A stretch of DNA of 64,000 nt from Macrostomum lignano (lineage: Eukaryota), in NCBI GenBank assembly GCA_002269645.1, contig NIVC01000512.1, positions 265,967-329,966 of the forward strand, given 5' to 3'. This document shows positions 27,185 through 38,336 of this stretch, piece by piece. Positions within the stretch are counted from its first letter, which is position 1, and every line of letters begins with the position of its first letter. A program made the translations under genes and the position numbers. Under the pieces are notes generated by a model, which worked only from the letters and a program-made list of their open reading frames with translations, ran no database searches and had not been told where the DNA came from.

Positions 27185-27672
27185 AGACAGTGGAAGAGGG
27201 AGGGTGGGGACTAGGGAGAGGAAAAAAGAGAGGGAGATGGAGAGGTAGCTAGGGAGAGGGAAAGGGAGAGGGAGCGAGAAAGGGAGCTAGGGAGAGGGAG
27301 AGGGAGATGGAGAGGTAGCTAGGGAGAGGGAAAGGGAGAGGGAGCGAGAAAGGGAGCTTGGGAGAGGGAGCGGGAGAGGGAGAGGGAGCTAGGGAGAGGG
27401 AGCGGGAGAGGGAGCTTGGGAGAGGGAGAGGGAGAGGGAGAGGGAGCGGGAGAGGGAGCTTGGGAGAGGGAGCTTGGGAGAGGGAGAGGGAGAGGGAGAG
27501 GGAGCGGGAGAGGGAGCTTGGGAGAGAGAGCGGGAGAGGGAGCTTGGGAGAGGGAGCTTGGGAGAGGGAGAGGGAGAGGGAGAGGGAGCGGGAGAGGGAG
27601 CTTGGGAGAGAGAGCGGGAGAGGGAGCGGGAGAGACAGGTAGGGAGAGGGAGCGGGAGAGGGAGAGGGAGAG
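27185..27672. repeat. Polypurine (GGGAGA)n-like tract
   Basis: Nearly pure purine strand with GGG every 6 nt. Confidence 0.9.
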
Positions 27673-28314
27673 GTAAATTGAGTAGCGATGGTCTGGTGAA
27701 GCAGCAAGCTGGCGGACCAGTCCTGGAAAATAATTGCACGATCCGAAGGTGTGATTGAAGATATCTGTGACAGCATGCAATCTAATTGTGTTGTAGCAGC
27801 CCTATGTTTAACTTTCTGGCATTTTGCTACAGGTAATGTAGTAGTGTAACAGAATATTACAATAAAAATGAATACAAAAAGTAAGAGATAGATTATGTGA
27901 AAAAATCAAAGCTCGAATAGCTAATAATTAAAATTTGAATTTGGTAAAGCAAAAAAAACGATGAAAAACGGTCCAAAAACTTCAGCCAATGCTTATAAAA
28001 CTCAACATTTCCCCGGATCCCTGATGCATTTTCATAGCTAATAGCTCAATTCCGATTTCCTATAAATGATCTATTAGCCAACGGATTTTTTTCAGTTAAC
28101 AATTTTCCACCACGTACTTCCTTCTATCTGCCATGTGGATCCTCGAACCTCAGCATTTTTTATGTAGAGAGGATTTTTCTAAATAAGCAGACACCCTTGA
28201 TTTGACTCTTGAAACACGGTGAAACGGTGAAAACACGATTTAGATAGCTTCATGACAAAGACGCGGAATGAAAATGTCTATCTTGCCTACGGCTCTCTGG
28301 AGATTCCCTTGGGG

Positions 28315-28770
28315 AATTCCGCTAGGGGGATTCCGTGGAATTCCAGTAGAGGGTTCTACAAGGGGGATTTCACTAGGGGGTTCCACTATAGGGGGTTACA
28401 CTAGCGGGTTCCACTAAACGGTTCCACTAGGGCCGGGATTCTACAAGGGGGTTCCACTAGGGGATTCTACAAGGGGGTTCCACTAGGGGATTCTACAAGG
28501 GGGTTCCACTAGCGGGCTCCACTAAACGGTTCCACTAGGGGATTCTACAAGGGGGTTCCACTAGGGGATTCTACAAGGGGGTTCCACTAGGGGATTCTAC
28601 AAGGGGGATTCCACAAGGGGGTTCTACAAGGGAGTTCCACTAGGGGATTCTACAAGGGGGTTCCACTAGGGGGTTCTACAAGGGGGGTTCCACTAGGGGA
28701 TTTCACTAGGGAAATTCCAAATGGGGGTTACACTAGAAAATTCTATTAGATGATTCCATTAGGCGGTTCC
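28315..28770. repeat. 26-bp G-run minisatellite
   Basis: Unit CTAGGGGATTCTACAAGGGGGTTCCA. Confidence 0.9.
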
Positions 28771-28901
28771 ATTAGGGAACTCTGCCAGGGTGATTTCTGG
28801 GTAGCTCCCTTCTTGGCACAAGTGTATATGAGTTAGTTCTCGAGCTAGTTTTCCCCGAATGGCCAGGGCCCTAGCAACTCTTTCCCCCAAACGCCTTGCA
28901 G

Positions 28902-28984
28902 AGGGTCTACCGCCACCTGGTCCGCTACCGGGAGGCGCAGGAGAGGCGGCGGTGCAATCGCGACGCGCTGCCTGTGGCGCTCAG
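28902..28984 (+). CDS. GluN3-like gene, cytoplasmic-tail exon
   Basis: ISQ|RVYRHL resembles GluN3A TSQRLHRA. Sites ttgcag| and ag|GTGAGT. Confidence 0.75.
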
Positions 28985-29289
28985 GTGAGTGGCAGCAGTT
29001 GTTGTGACAGCAATGTGTTTTCTTTCGAATTATAGCCTGTCAAGTTGACGGGCAGCGCCAGCTAGGCGAGTGCAACTTGGCCATTGATGGGCCTCTTCAG
29101 AGTCAGAGAATTTCTACTCTCATGTTCAGGAGCTGCTGCTTTCCAAACACTACACTGCAAAGCATATCGATACCTCCGCAGCCACTCTACACTTCGTCTC
29201 TTATGCCTCTGTTATGCCCTGCACTGTAACCTCTTGGATGTCTCATTTATCACTGTCTCCACTTCTCATACTTGACCACTTCTCTTAAC

Positions 29290-29690
29290 GTCAACTCTCT
29301 CCCCATCTCACATCTCCTCTCCCTCCCTCTACACATCTTCTCCCTTCTGCACATCTCCTCTCCCTTCTTCTACACATCTCTTCTCCCTTGTTCTGTACAT
29401 CTCCTCTCCCTTCTTCTGCACATCTCTTCTCCCTTCTACACACCTCATCTCCCTTCTTCTACACACCTCATCTCCCTTCTTCTACACACCTCCTCTCCCT
29501 TCTTCTACACACCTCATCTCCCTTCTTCCAAACATCTACTTTCCCCTTCCCTCCCTACCTCTACACATTTCTCCCTTCTACAAATCTCTCCCTCCTTCTA
29601 CACATTGCTCCCCCCGTTTCTCATCTACTATTTCTCACCCATCTCCTATGCCTCCGTTTCTCATCTCCCCTCCCTTCCCTCTTCCCATTT
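29290..29690. repeat. CT-rich degenerate repeat
   Basis: CTCCTCTCCCTTCTTCTACACA-like units. Confidence 0.85.
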
Positions 29691-30186
29691 ACGTATATAG
29701 ATACTAATTTGTCAGCGAAACATCACTAATGTGAAATAAAAAACGGTTCAAAAAACCCAGGCTAGAATTTTGTAACAGAAAAACACAAATAAAAGTGGAA
29801 TTGACTTTTCAGCCAAGCTGCTGAGGAAGTAAATCCCACATTTAGCAAGCTCCCAGTAGCGATTCGTGAATTGGATTGCCCGGTTTCCTAATGGTCTCTG
29901 ATGAGGCTGCGACTGCGAAGCTGGGAAAGTACTGGACAGGGGAGAAGGGAAGTTCGAGGGGAAAATTGAAATCTGTAAGTTTCGAGCAGATCAGCGCTGC
30001 GGTTAGAAATTTTCTTTCGGACAAGTCAAAGCCAAAGCGGCTGCTTTGGCCGGATAATTCGAGATGATAATTGCAATTTAAGACACGTGCCGAGACTTGG
30101 GTGCAAATTTGTGGCCCACATTTTGGTGCAATTCTATCACTAAACTGTGGGACTTCTGTGTGACACTCATGCAGCTGAGGTTCGAT

Positions 30187-30838
30187 GCCATTCTCTGATT
30201 AAGCTGTGAGACTTCAGTGCCATTCTCTGATTAAGCTGTGAGACTTCAGTGCCATTCTCTGATTAAGCTGTGAGATTTCATTGCCATTCTCTGATTAAGC
30301 TGTGAGATTTCATTGGGTAAGAGACTAATTCGACACTCTAAGTCACGGTAAGAGACTAATTCGACACTCTAAGTCACGGTAAGAGACTAATTCGACACTC
30401 TAAGTAACGGTAAGAGACTAATTCGACACTCTAAAGTAACGGTAAGAGACTAATTCGACACTCTAAAGTAACGGTAAGAGACTAATTCGACACTCTAAGT
30501 ACGGTAAGAGACTAATTCGACACTCTAAAGTAACGGTAAGAGACTAATTCGACACTCTAAATAACGGTAAGAGACTAATTCGACACTCTAAAGTAACGGT
30601 AAGAGACTAATTCGACACTCTGAACTACGGAAAGAGACTAATTCGACACTCTGAACTACGTAAGAGACTAATTCGACACTCTGAACTACGTAAAGAGACT
30701 AATTCGACACTCTAAAGTAACGGTAAGAGACTAATTCGACACTCTGAACTACGGAAAGAGACTAATTCGACACTCTGAACTACCGTAAAGAGACTAATTC
30801 GACACTCTGAACTACCGGAAGAGACTAATTCAACTCTA
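30187..30838. repeat. ~32-bp satellite that switches to its complement at 30316
   Basis: GCCATTCTCTGATTAAGCTGTGAGACTTCAGT up to 30315, then GGTAAGAGACTAATTCGACACTCT..., which is the exact complement read in the same direction. Confidence 0.95.
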
Positions 30839-31017
30839 AAGAAGAACCTAACCGAAGACCCCGACAACCTATGAGCATATTAACCTTGGTTTTTTAATTT
30901 GAATCGACGGAATTTCTTCAAAGTTATGAACTCGGTACGAAAGCTTATTCGGTATGGTAGCGATGTCACACTTAGCGTATTAAAGTGTTAAAGGTAGTTG
31001 TATTTAGCGAGCGCGTC

Positions 31018-31466
31018 CGACGTTTTCATGTGGTCGCTGTCCCTGTCAGACGAGTACAGCGACCCTCGGCTAGTGAGCTCCTCTGGGCTGACGTGCTGGT
31101 AGTCGTAGTAGTCGTTGTCGTCGTCCTGCGTCGGCGTTACTACGATAACTTGTTATAGCGACACGTCTGTCTGGACCTCACGTCGTAGTCGAGTGTCGAC
31201 CTCTCGCATCTGGTCCGGTAGTCCCGGTTCTCGACGGTCAAGTTGGCCCTGTACGCGGTGTACGCGCTCGCTTAGCGCTTAGACGATTCTCTAGCCCTTT
31301 AAGATCACGCTGCGAACGTTGCAAGCTCCCGTTTAGGTTCCGCCTGTAGCTCAGGCTCGACGACCTCTGTCGGCGAAGTTGCCCGCCGCGGTCGCCGTCG
31401 CCGGCCCCGTATCTCGACTGCGTGTCCTTAGACGACCTGAGCGATCGGTTTGGCGAACTGAAAATT
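31018..31466 (+). CDS. Probable last exon of the GluN3-like gene, readable only on the complemented sequence, with probable indels
   Basis: The complement gives cgcgcag|g ctg caa aag tac (RLQKYTSDRDSLL, in phase 2), a long frame ...HQQQQQDAAAMMLLNNIAVQTDLE...RERIANLLRDRE, and a third frame ending KPLDF*. Confidence 0.6.
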
Positions 31467-31974
31467 ATTAATTAAATAGCGTCATTAATTAAAAGAGAAC
31501 TGGTACAAACGCTTGAGCTAGTATTTTAGTATGAATATCTCATACGGTGAAGAACGAGCGAATCTCCGATCCCCCGCTAAGAGGGTTACTTTTACCATGG
31601 ATCCGGTTTTTCGCGGTCAGTATTAAGTCTCAGCAACGTCTCCATTGTGTCAATTTAATCCTTTCTTCACTGAGATCTGTTGACTTTGCTACTCTACAGA
31701 GCCATTCGATTTTCAGCAGTCTCAGTGTATTCTAGTTAATTTCGAAAAATAACAGACGCTGAGACCCCGCGAAGATCTGAGACCCCGGCATCTGAATGAA
31801 CATAGACTCCACACGACATGAGAAAAATGCTAGGACGTTGAGTGCACTACGTGAACAGTAGAGTGGCAGCTTAACGTCAGTAAATTTAGTAATTTCTCAG
31901 CTAGGTCACTGCAATCTCAGTGATTCATAGTACAACCGTTACTGCATCGCTAAGAACGGTGCCATTGTAAAAGT

Positions 31975-33512
31975 TACCCAGATGACCCAATCCCCGCTAA
32001 GAGATGTGACCCAGTCCCCGCTAAGAGATGTGAACCAATCCCTGCTAAGATGTGACCCAATCCCCGCTAAGAGATGTGACCCAATCCCGCTAAGAGATGT
32101 GACCCAATCCCCGCTAAGAGATGTGACCCAATCCCCGCTAAGAGATGTGAACCAATCCCCGCTAAGAGATGTGACCCAATCCCCGCTAAGAGATGTGACC
32201 CAATCCCCGCTAAGAGATGTGACCCAATCCCCTAAGAGATGTGACCCAGTCCCCGCTAAGAGATGTGACCCAATCCCCGCTAAGATGTGACCCAATCCCC
32301 GCTAAGAGATGTGACCCAATCCCCGCTAAGAGATGTGAACCAATCCCCGCTAAGAGATGTGAACCAATCCCCGCTAAGAGATGTGACCCAATCCCCGCTA
32401 AGAGATGTGACCCAGTCCCCGCTAAGAGATGTGACCCATTCCCCGCTAAGAGATGTGACCCAATCCCCGCTAAGAGATGTGACCCAATCCCCGCTAAGAG
32501 ATGTGACCCAATCCCCGCTAAGAGATGTGACCCAATCCCCGCTAAGAGATGTGAACCAATCCCCGCTAAGAGATGTGACCCAGTCCCCGCTAAGAGATGT
32601 GACCCATTCCCCGCTAAGAGATGTGACCCATTCCCCGCTCTAAGAGATGTGACCCATTCCCCGCTAAGAGATGTGACCCAATCCCCGCTAAGAGATGTGA
32701 CCCAGTCCCCGCTAAGAGATGTGACCCAATCCCCGCTAAGAGATGTGAACCAATCCCCGCTAAGAGATGTGACCCAATCCCCGCTAAGAGATGTGACCCA
32801 GTCCCCGCTAAGAGATGTGACCCAATCCCCGCTAAGAGATGTGACCCAATCCCCGCTAAGAGATGTGACCCAATCCCCGCTAAGAGATGTGAACCAATCC
32901 CCGCTAAGAGATGTGACCCAATCCCCGCTAAGAGATGTGACCCAGTCCCCGCTAAGAGATGTGACCCAATCCCCGCTAAGATGTGACCCAATCCCCGCTA
33001 AGAGATGTGACCATCCCCGCTAAGAGATGTGAACCAATCCCCGCTAAGAGATGTGACCCAATCCCCGCTAAGAGATGTGACCCAATCCCCGCTAAGAGAT
33101 GTGACCCATTCCCCGCTAAGAGATGTGACCCAATCCCCGCTAAGAGATGTGACCCAGTCCCCGCTAAGAGATGTGACCCATTCCCCGCTAAGAGATGTGA
33201 CCCATTCCCCGCTAAGAGATGTGACCCAATCCCCGCTAAGAGATGTGACCCAGTCCCCGCTAAGAGATGTGACCCAATCCCCGCTAAGAGATGTGACCAT
33301 CCCCGCTAAGAGATGTGACCCAGTCCCCGCTAAGAGATGTGACCCATCCCCGCTAAGAGATGTGACCCAATCCCGCTAAGAGATGTGACCCAATCCCCGC
33401 TAAGAGATGTGACCCAGTCCCCGCTAAGAGATGTGACCCATTCCCCGCTAAGAGATGTGACCCAATCCCCGCAAAGAGATGTGACCCAATCCCCGCTAAG
33501 ATGTGACCCAAT
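31975..33512. repeat. 24-bp satellite inside the complemented block
   Basis: Unit CCCCGCTAAGAGATGTGACCCAAT as written (corrected: GGGGCGATTCTCTACACTGGGTTA). Confidence 0.95.
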
Positions 33513-35019
33513 CTAATATGTCCGTTCATGTTCGTAACACTCGTCGCGCCGGGGTTCGGACTTACGTCAATATTAAAGCTGGCGTTTGTTTTTATTTAGA
33601 GCTACGTTTTTACTTCAGTCTTTCTTTTCGAAAAAGCAACTTGAAGGTAGGACTGTCAAGCAGTTGATTCCTTCGAGAGAAAGTTCACGTCTGTCTTCAA
33701 AACTATAATATAATAAATATAATGATATCGATCTTTCTCATGTGTTCGTCGTTAGTTCTTTCGTTGTCAATATTCTGAGACGATATGTCCTTTTTGTCGT
33801 TTTGTCCACTAGACTATTTTTATAAATATTATAACCAAACCTTCTTTACAGGAACGACATTGAATGAGGTACAAACGCCTAATTATAAAAATGTGTTCTT
33901 TTACACGTCGTTGAGACTGCGTTCCTATTTTAGTGTCTTTCCGACAGAATATCTTGTTGCCTCTTAGAAGAGTCTTACGTTACACCTCTGTCCTCGCTCT
34001 CGCTTATAGACTCGGGTCAATGGCCCTGCTACTCTTGGTTACTCGTATCTCGAGTGAACTCCTTACTTGCTATCAATCTACTATTTTCGTTACGTTATTT
34101 TACTCTGTTCTAGACTACTTTGTACAAAACTTAAAATGATGAAACATATTGTTTAAACTTTTCGTGGCCACACACATTTAATTTTGTTTGTGCCCGTCCT
34201 CCATACTGTAGACGACTTCCATTGACCCCGATACCGCCGATTAGTGAATAATAATATAGTATATATGACCCCGACGCCACTTATTTGTTTGTGTCATTTT
34301 TATAATTTTGAGAAGTTTGAGATGACGTCGCGCTTTGGGTCTTCATCATAGATGTCAAACACTGTTACTTTTACACAGTTAAATTTTGTTTTATTGTCTA
34401 TTGAGACTCGTTCGTGGCTAGGTCGACTGGTCTGGGTGTCTTTGCGTCTGTGTTCTTCTGTGTGTTCTTCCTTTTCGTAAGCGAGGTTTTCCACTAAATT
34501 TATTTATAAGAATGCTTCTCACCTTCTTATTTATAGTTAGATACATTATTTTATTTGAACGGAAATATATATCGCACTTTCTCGCGTCCTCCGCTAATCT
34601 AATGTGCTTCGTCTATACGCGCGTTTTTTACTTATAAACAAAACGAAATAGTGAAGATGATTATCATCGTGGTTTAAATATTTTAATATTTCAGTGAACA
34701 AACTATAAGTATACGGTTTATCAAAGTTCCTATCAAAACGCCTAGAATTTTGTGACGCTCCATGACACGAATAATGTGTGAACGTGTACGTTAGAGAGAC
34801 CGGTAACTAAAGACGAATTGCAGCTATGAAACAATACAGTACGTGAAATCCCTTTAAAGGCTTTTCAGAATACCGATGTAAGATGTGGTAGACACCAAAC
34901 ATAATTGGTAACGAAAATTATTTGTGTTGGGTTCTCACACTGTCAGCGATTTCACACTTTTTGTTGCTTTGTTTGTTTTTAGTTTCGACGACCTCGTGTG
35001 CTTGTCTCCCGGTTAACCG

Positions 35020-35850
35020 AGTGACGTAAGGTCACGACCTGACTCGCCCGTCGTACCAGACCCGGCCGAATTTAGAACATGTCCGGAAGAAGGTCGCCGT
35101 GACGCACGTGGTGTAAGAGGCCAATAGTTGCGGTATTTAAGCCGCCGTAAACGGCGCGCCGCTGTCGCCGCAATCGCTCCGACTCCTCCGCAGCGGCGGT
35201 CTCTTGCTCCTGCTGTTACTGCTGCCGCCCCAGTGCCGGTCGTCGACAACGCCCAGAAGGCCCGGCGGCGGACGTGGCGGCGGAGACGGAGGCGGCGGTC
35301 AGCTTTGCCGGCCTCCTCCTTTGCTTTTGCTCCTGCTTCGGCTGTCCGCTTTGCCGCTCTGCCGCTTCGGCGGTTTTTTACGCGGTGAGGGCCGCGGCTG
35401 CAACTGCGACTCGCCGTTCCGATTTGACCGCGTCGTCTGACCTCCGCCGCGCCTCCCGCCCCGTGACGTCGACATGTACACGTCTCGGACGACGACGACG
35501 ACGCCTGCGTTAGCGCCGCCTAGTTCGCGAACCAAACGGGGTTAACCACAGCTCTTAGGTTGTCGCGCTGAGACTACGACGCCTACGACGACCGACCGGA
35601 GCTACAGTTAAAGCTTAAGCAGGAGCAGTCGTAGCAGGCGAACCGACAAGAGGCGTCGAAGTCGGCGTCGCCGCCGAAGCCGTTGTCGCGCACCGTCCGT
35701 TAGCCGGTCCGCCGCGTGTCAAACTTAGGCCCGCGGTCTGCTGTCGCACTCCGACTGTTCGTGTCTCAGGTCGAGCCCTAGCGTCGCGAGATGCTACGGC
35801 TCCCGCAGGAGCGGAAACATTTGATAGTGATGAAGCAGCGGTCCGACGTA
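35020..35850 (-). CDS. 276-aa C-clamp zinc-finger protein, read right-to-left WITHOUT complementing (minus strand of the corrected sequence)
   Basis: Uninterrupted ATG-to-TGA ORF of 831 nt: MQPGDEVVIVYKGEDALGIVERCDPELDSVLV...[35 protein letters not shown]...MQ*. Matches the ZNF395/ZNF704/SLC2A4RG C-clamp KCRKVYGME.RD.WCTACRWKKAC.RF. Confidence 0.9.
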
Positions 35851-36130
35851 CGATCTAACTTATTTAAGAATGATAGTTACGTGGAACCGAATCCGTACTT
35901 TACGATATCGACTTAGCCGGTCTAACCCGACTTTTTCCAACCTATTACTTGTATTGAGGATATTTTTCTTGAATGATAGGTAAAAATGTTTGATGAATTC
36001 GGATTCTGTTACTTATCGATTTACTGTAGAAACCGTTCGTCACCTAACCGATACCTCTTGGGTACGTGACCAGACGAACTACATTGTTTACATTGTTGTT
36101 TAACTGTTGGTACTACTGTACGTGTACTTC

Positions 36131-38336
36131 ATGTTCCCGACGAATTATTTATTCAAACACCTTTTTCTGTGAAGACTTATACGAAGGTGAATTTTTTAAT
36201 GAACGTAAATAGGGGTGAATTACTCTGAAAAGTTGTATCAAAGATCTATCTAACTACGTAAAGAGGTAGGATATCTTGGTACGATGTTTTGTCAGGGAAT
36301 TAAGGTGGATTCACTGTCGAAGGTCGAAACGAAAGTTCCGGAGAGGTTCGAGGAACGCACTCAGTTTCGTGAAAGGGAACTCTAACAAGAACTAGAAACC
36401 TTTCTTCTTCAGTCGACCTCGTTCCAACCCGTTTATCCGACCCATACCGTCGTCTGAGTCAACTCAACTATGGTCTTTGAGGATACAGTGGGACCGAACC
36501 ATTCGATCTTGTAACAATACCATGTCCTTTTACCGTACCATAGATGATAAACCGGTGAGAACTAACTCCTTGACGTCGTGGATCCCGTTCGTTTGTGAAG
36601 TCATGTTTACTGGTCAGTGACACCGTGAAAGAAACTCATCTTATCCGTCGTCCTATAGTATGATGGTCTTCTTCTGATGACAATACTGGAACGGTTATGA
36701 AGAGAGTGTATCCTTAAACTATCTCCTTAGGAGAAGTTTTCGTTAGGTGACGGATGAGATCCTAAAACATAGATCCAGTATTTTCATTTGGATTCAAAGT
36801 AGGGGATAATCCTATAACAGATGGTTAAAACTTCGAGGACGTAGTTAAATAACTCGTACTTCAAACGTTTGAGTTGTGTTCGAACGTAGATCCAACCCAA
36901 GTTCACTATCCCGTAGATCGTACATCTGTGAAAGGAGTACGGATCTACTAGTACGTCCTATCTTTACCACGAACTTAGACTTTAGGGTTGTACAAAGAAC
37001 TAAAGTACTTGATAGTAAATAATTAGAAGTAACTAGAAACCTGTGTTCGGTGACAATATAAACATTATCGGTTTAAATCTATCAGAAACACAAATAATAG
37101 TAGATCGAGGTCCGTCGATCTTGTTTTAAACGGTTTGGTGAACATGTGGTAACAGACCCTGACCCCACTCCGAAATAGTAGATTACGAAAAACTTCATAG
37201 ACGTTCGTGAGTTTCCGTCTAACCGGTTCAGTTTTAACTTGTTCCTAACGTTGAACAGACAGTGTAACTTGTAACAGTTAACGTTCCGTTCCAGATCTCA
37301 GTATAGTGAAAAAACTGGTAACGTAAAATCGTAAAATCAATCTCCGACTTTTAACTGTATTTTCTACAGTTAAAGATATATTTTTCTTTACGGTTTATTT
37401 TATAATAAAATAAACATGTTTTCTTTCAATCTAAAAGGTGTTTGACTAATCCGTCACGAATAAATCGACCGTGACCGGTTTATTCAAACGATGATAAATC
37501 GACCGTCAGGACGGGGTGACGGTCATTTTATTCGAACAGTGATAAATAAATCGGTCGTTAGGACGGGGTGACGACCAGTTTATTCGAGCAGTGATAAATC
37601 GGTCGTTAGGACCGGGGATTACCGGTGCGGTAATATATATAAATAAATTCTATAAATTTGAAACCCGTTATGTTTCATCCATATCACTTATATTTAGTTA
37701 CATCTAAGTCATGTTAAATAATAAACGGAAATTCAAACAAATTAACAAAGACCTTCAGAACGTATAAGGCTTTTAATAAACATCGTCGTCTTTTGTATAT
37801 TTGTTTAATTTTTAATTAATACGTATAAAATGAAAGTGAAATTAGAGATTTAGTTTTGGTGAGTAATTTCGGTTTTTGGTGATGTTTGTGGAAATAGTTT
37901 TTTGAGGTTTTAACATTATATTTATTAATCGAACATCATACAATTTAATAATTAAATTCCAGTACTGTTCGTCACGCATATATATTTATATATATTTACA
38001 TAAAACTGATCGTACGGTAACCCCTTAAGGAGATCATTATCACTCACTTGTCCCTTCTTGGATTGTGGTTTAGGGAACCGCGTCCAGTTGTCCTTTACAC
38101 CACAATCGGTTCTAACGGCCGATTTATCACTGCTCGAATAAACTGGCCGTCACCCTGTCCTGACGGTCGATTTATCACTGTACGAATAAACTGGCCGTCA
38201 CCCCGTTCTGACGGTCGATTTATCACTGTCCTAATAAACTGACCGTCACCCCGTCCTGACGGCCGATTTATCACTGCGCGAATAAACTGACCACGACCGA
38301 TTTATTCGTGACGGTTAAATAATTCGTTGGGAACAT
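36131..38336 (-). mobile_element. Degenerate mariner relic inside the complemented block, with a MITE in its right TIR
   Basis: Corrected ends TA-CAAGGGCTGCTTAATAAAT... and ...ATTTATTAAGCAACCCTTG-TA. Decayed transposase with an HTH (QSAFECLQILQKAL...VYKWF) and PYPAYLPNLAPADFFFPKIKNNLKGKCF. About 1.34 kb without the MITE. Confidence 0.8.
37451..38314. mobile_element. MITE/foldback element (~860 bp) with subterminal tandem repeats and AT-rich core
   Basis: CCGTCACGAATAAATC at 37451 and its reverse complement GATTTATTCGTGACGG ending at 38314. The repeat arrays at both ends are inverted. Confidence 0.75.

Noticed and set aside
13396-33379. Long repetitive ORFs (SQCPSVPV, PQHKLSATAQ, EVTKVSTAPP, RDVTQSPL etc.)
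   Set aside because: They are translations of intronic or intergenic satellites, open in several frames because the unit lacks stops.
33785-38242. ORF-track calls inside the block (e.g. 34300-34494, 35013-35535, 38048-38242)
   Set aside because: They are chance frames of complemented sequence; the real ORF reads in the reversed direction.
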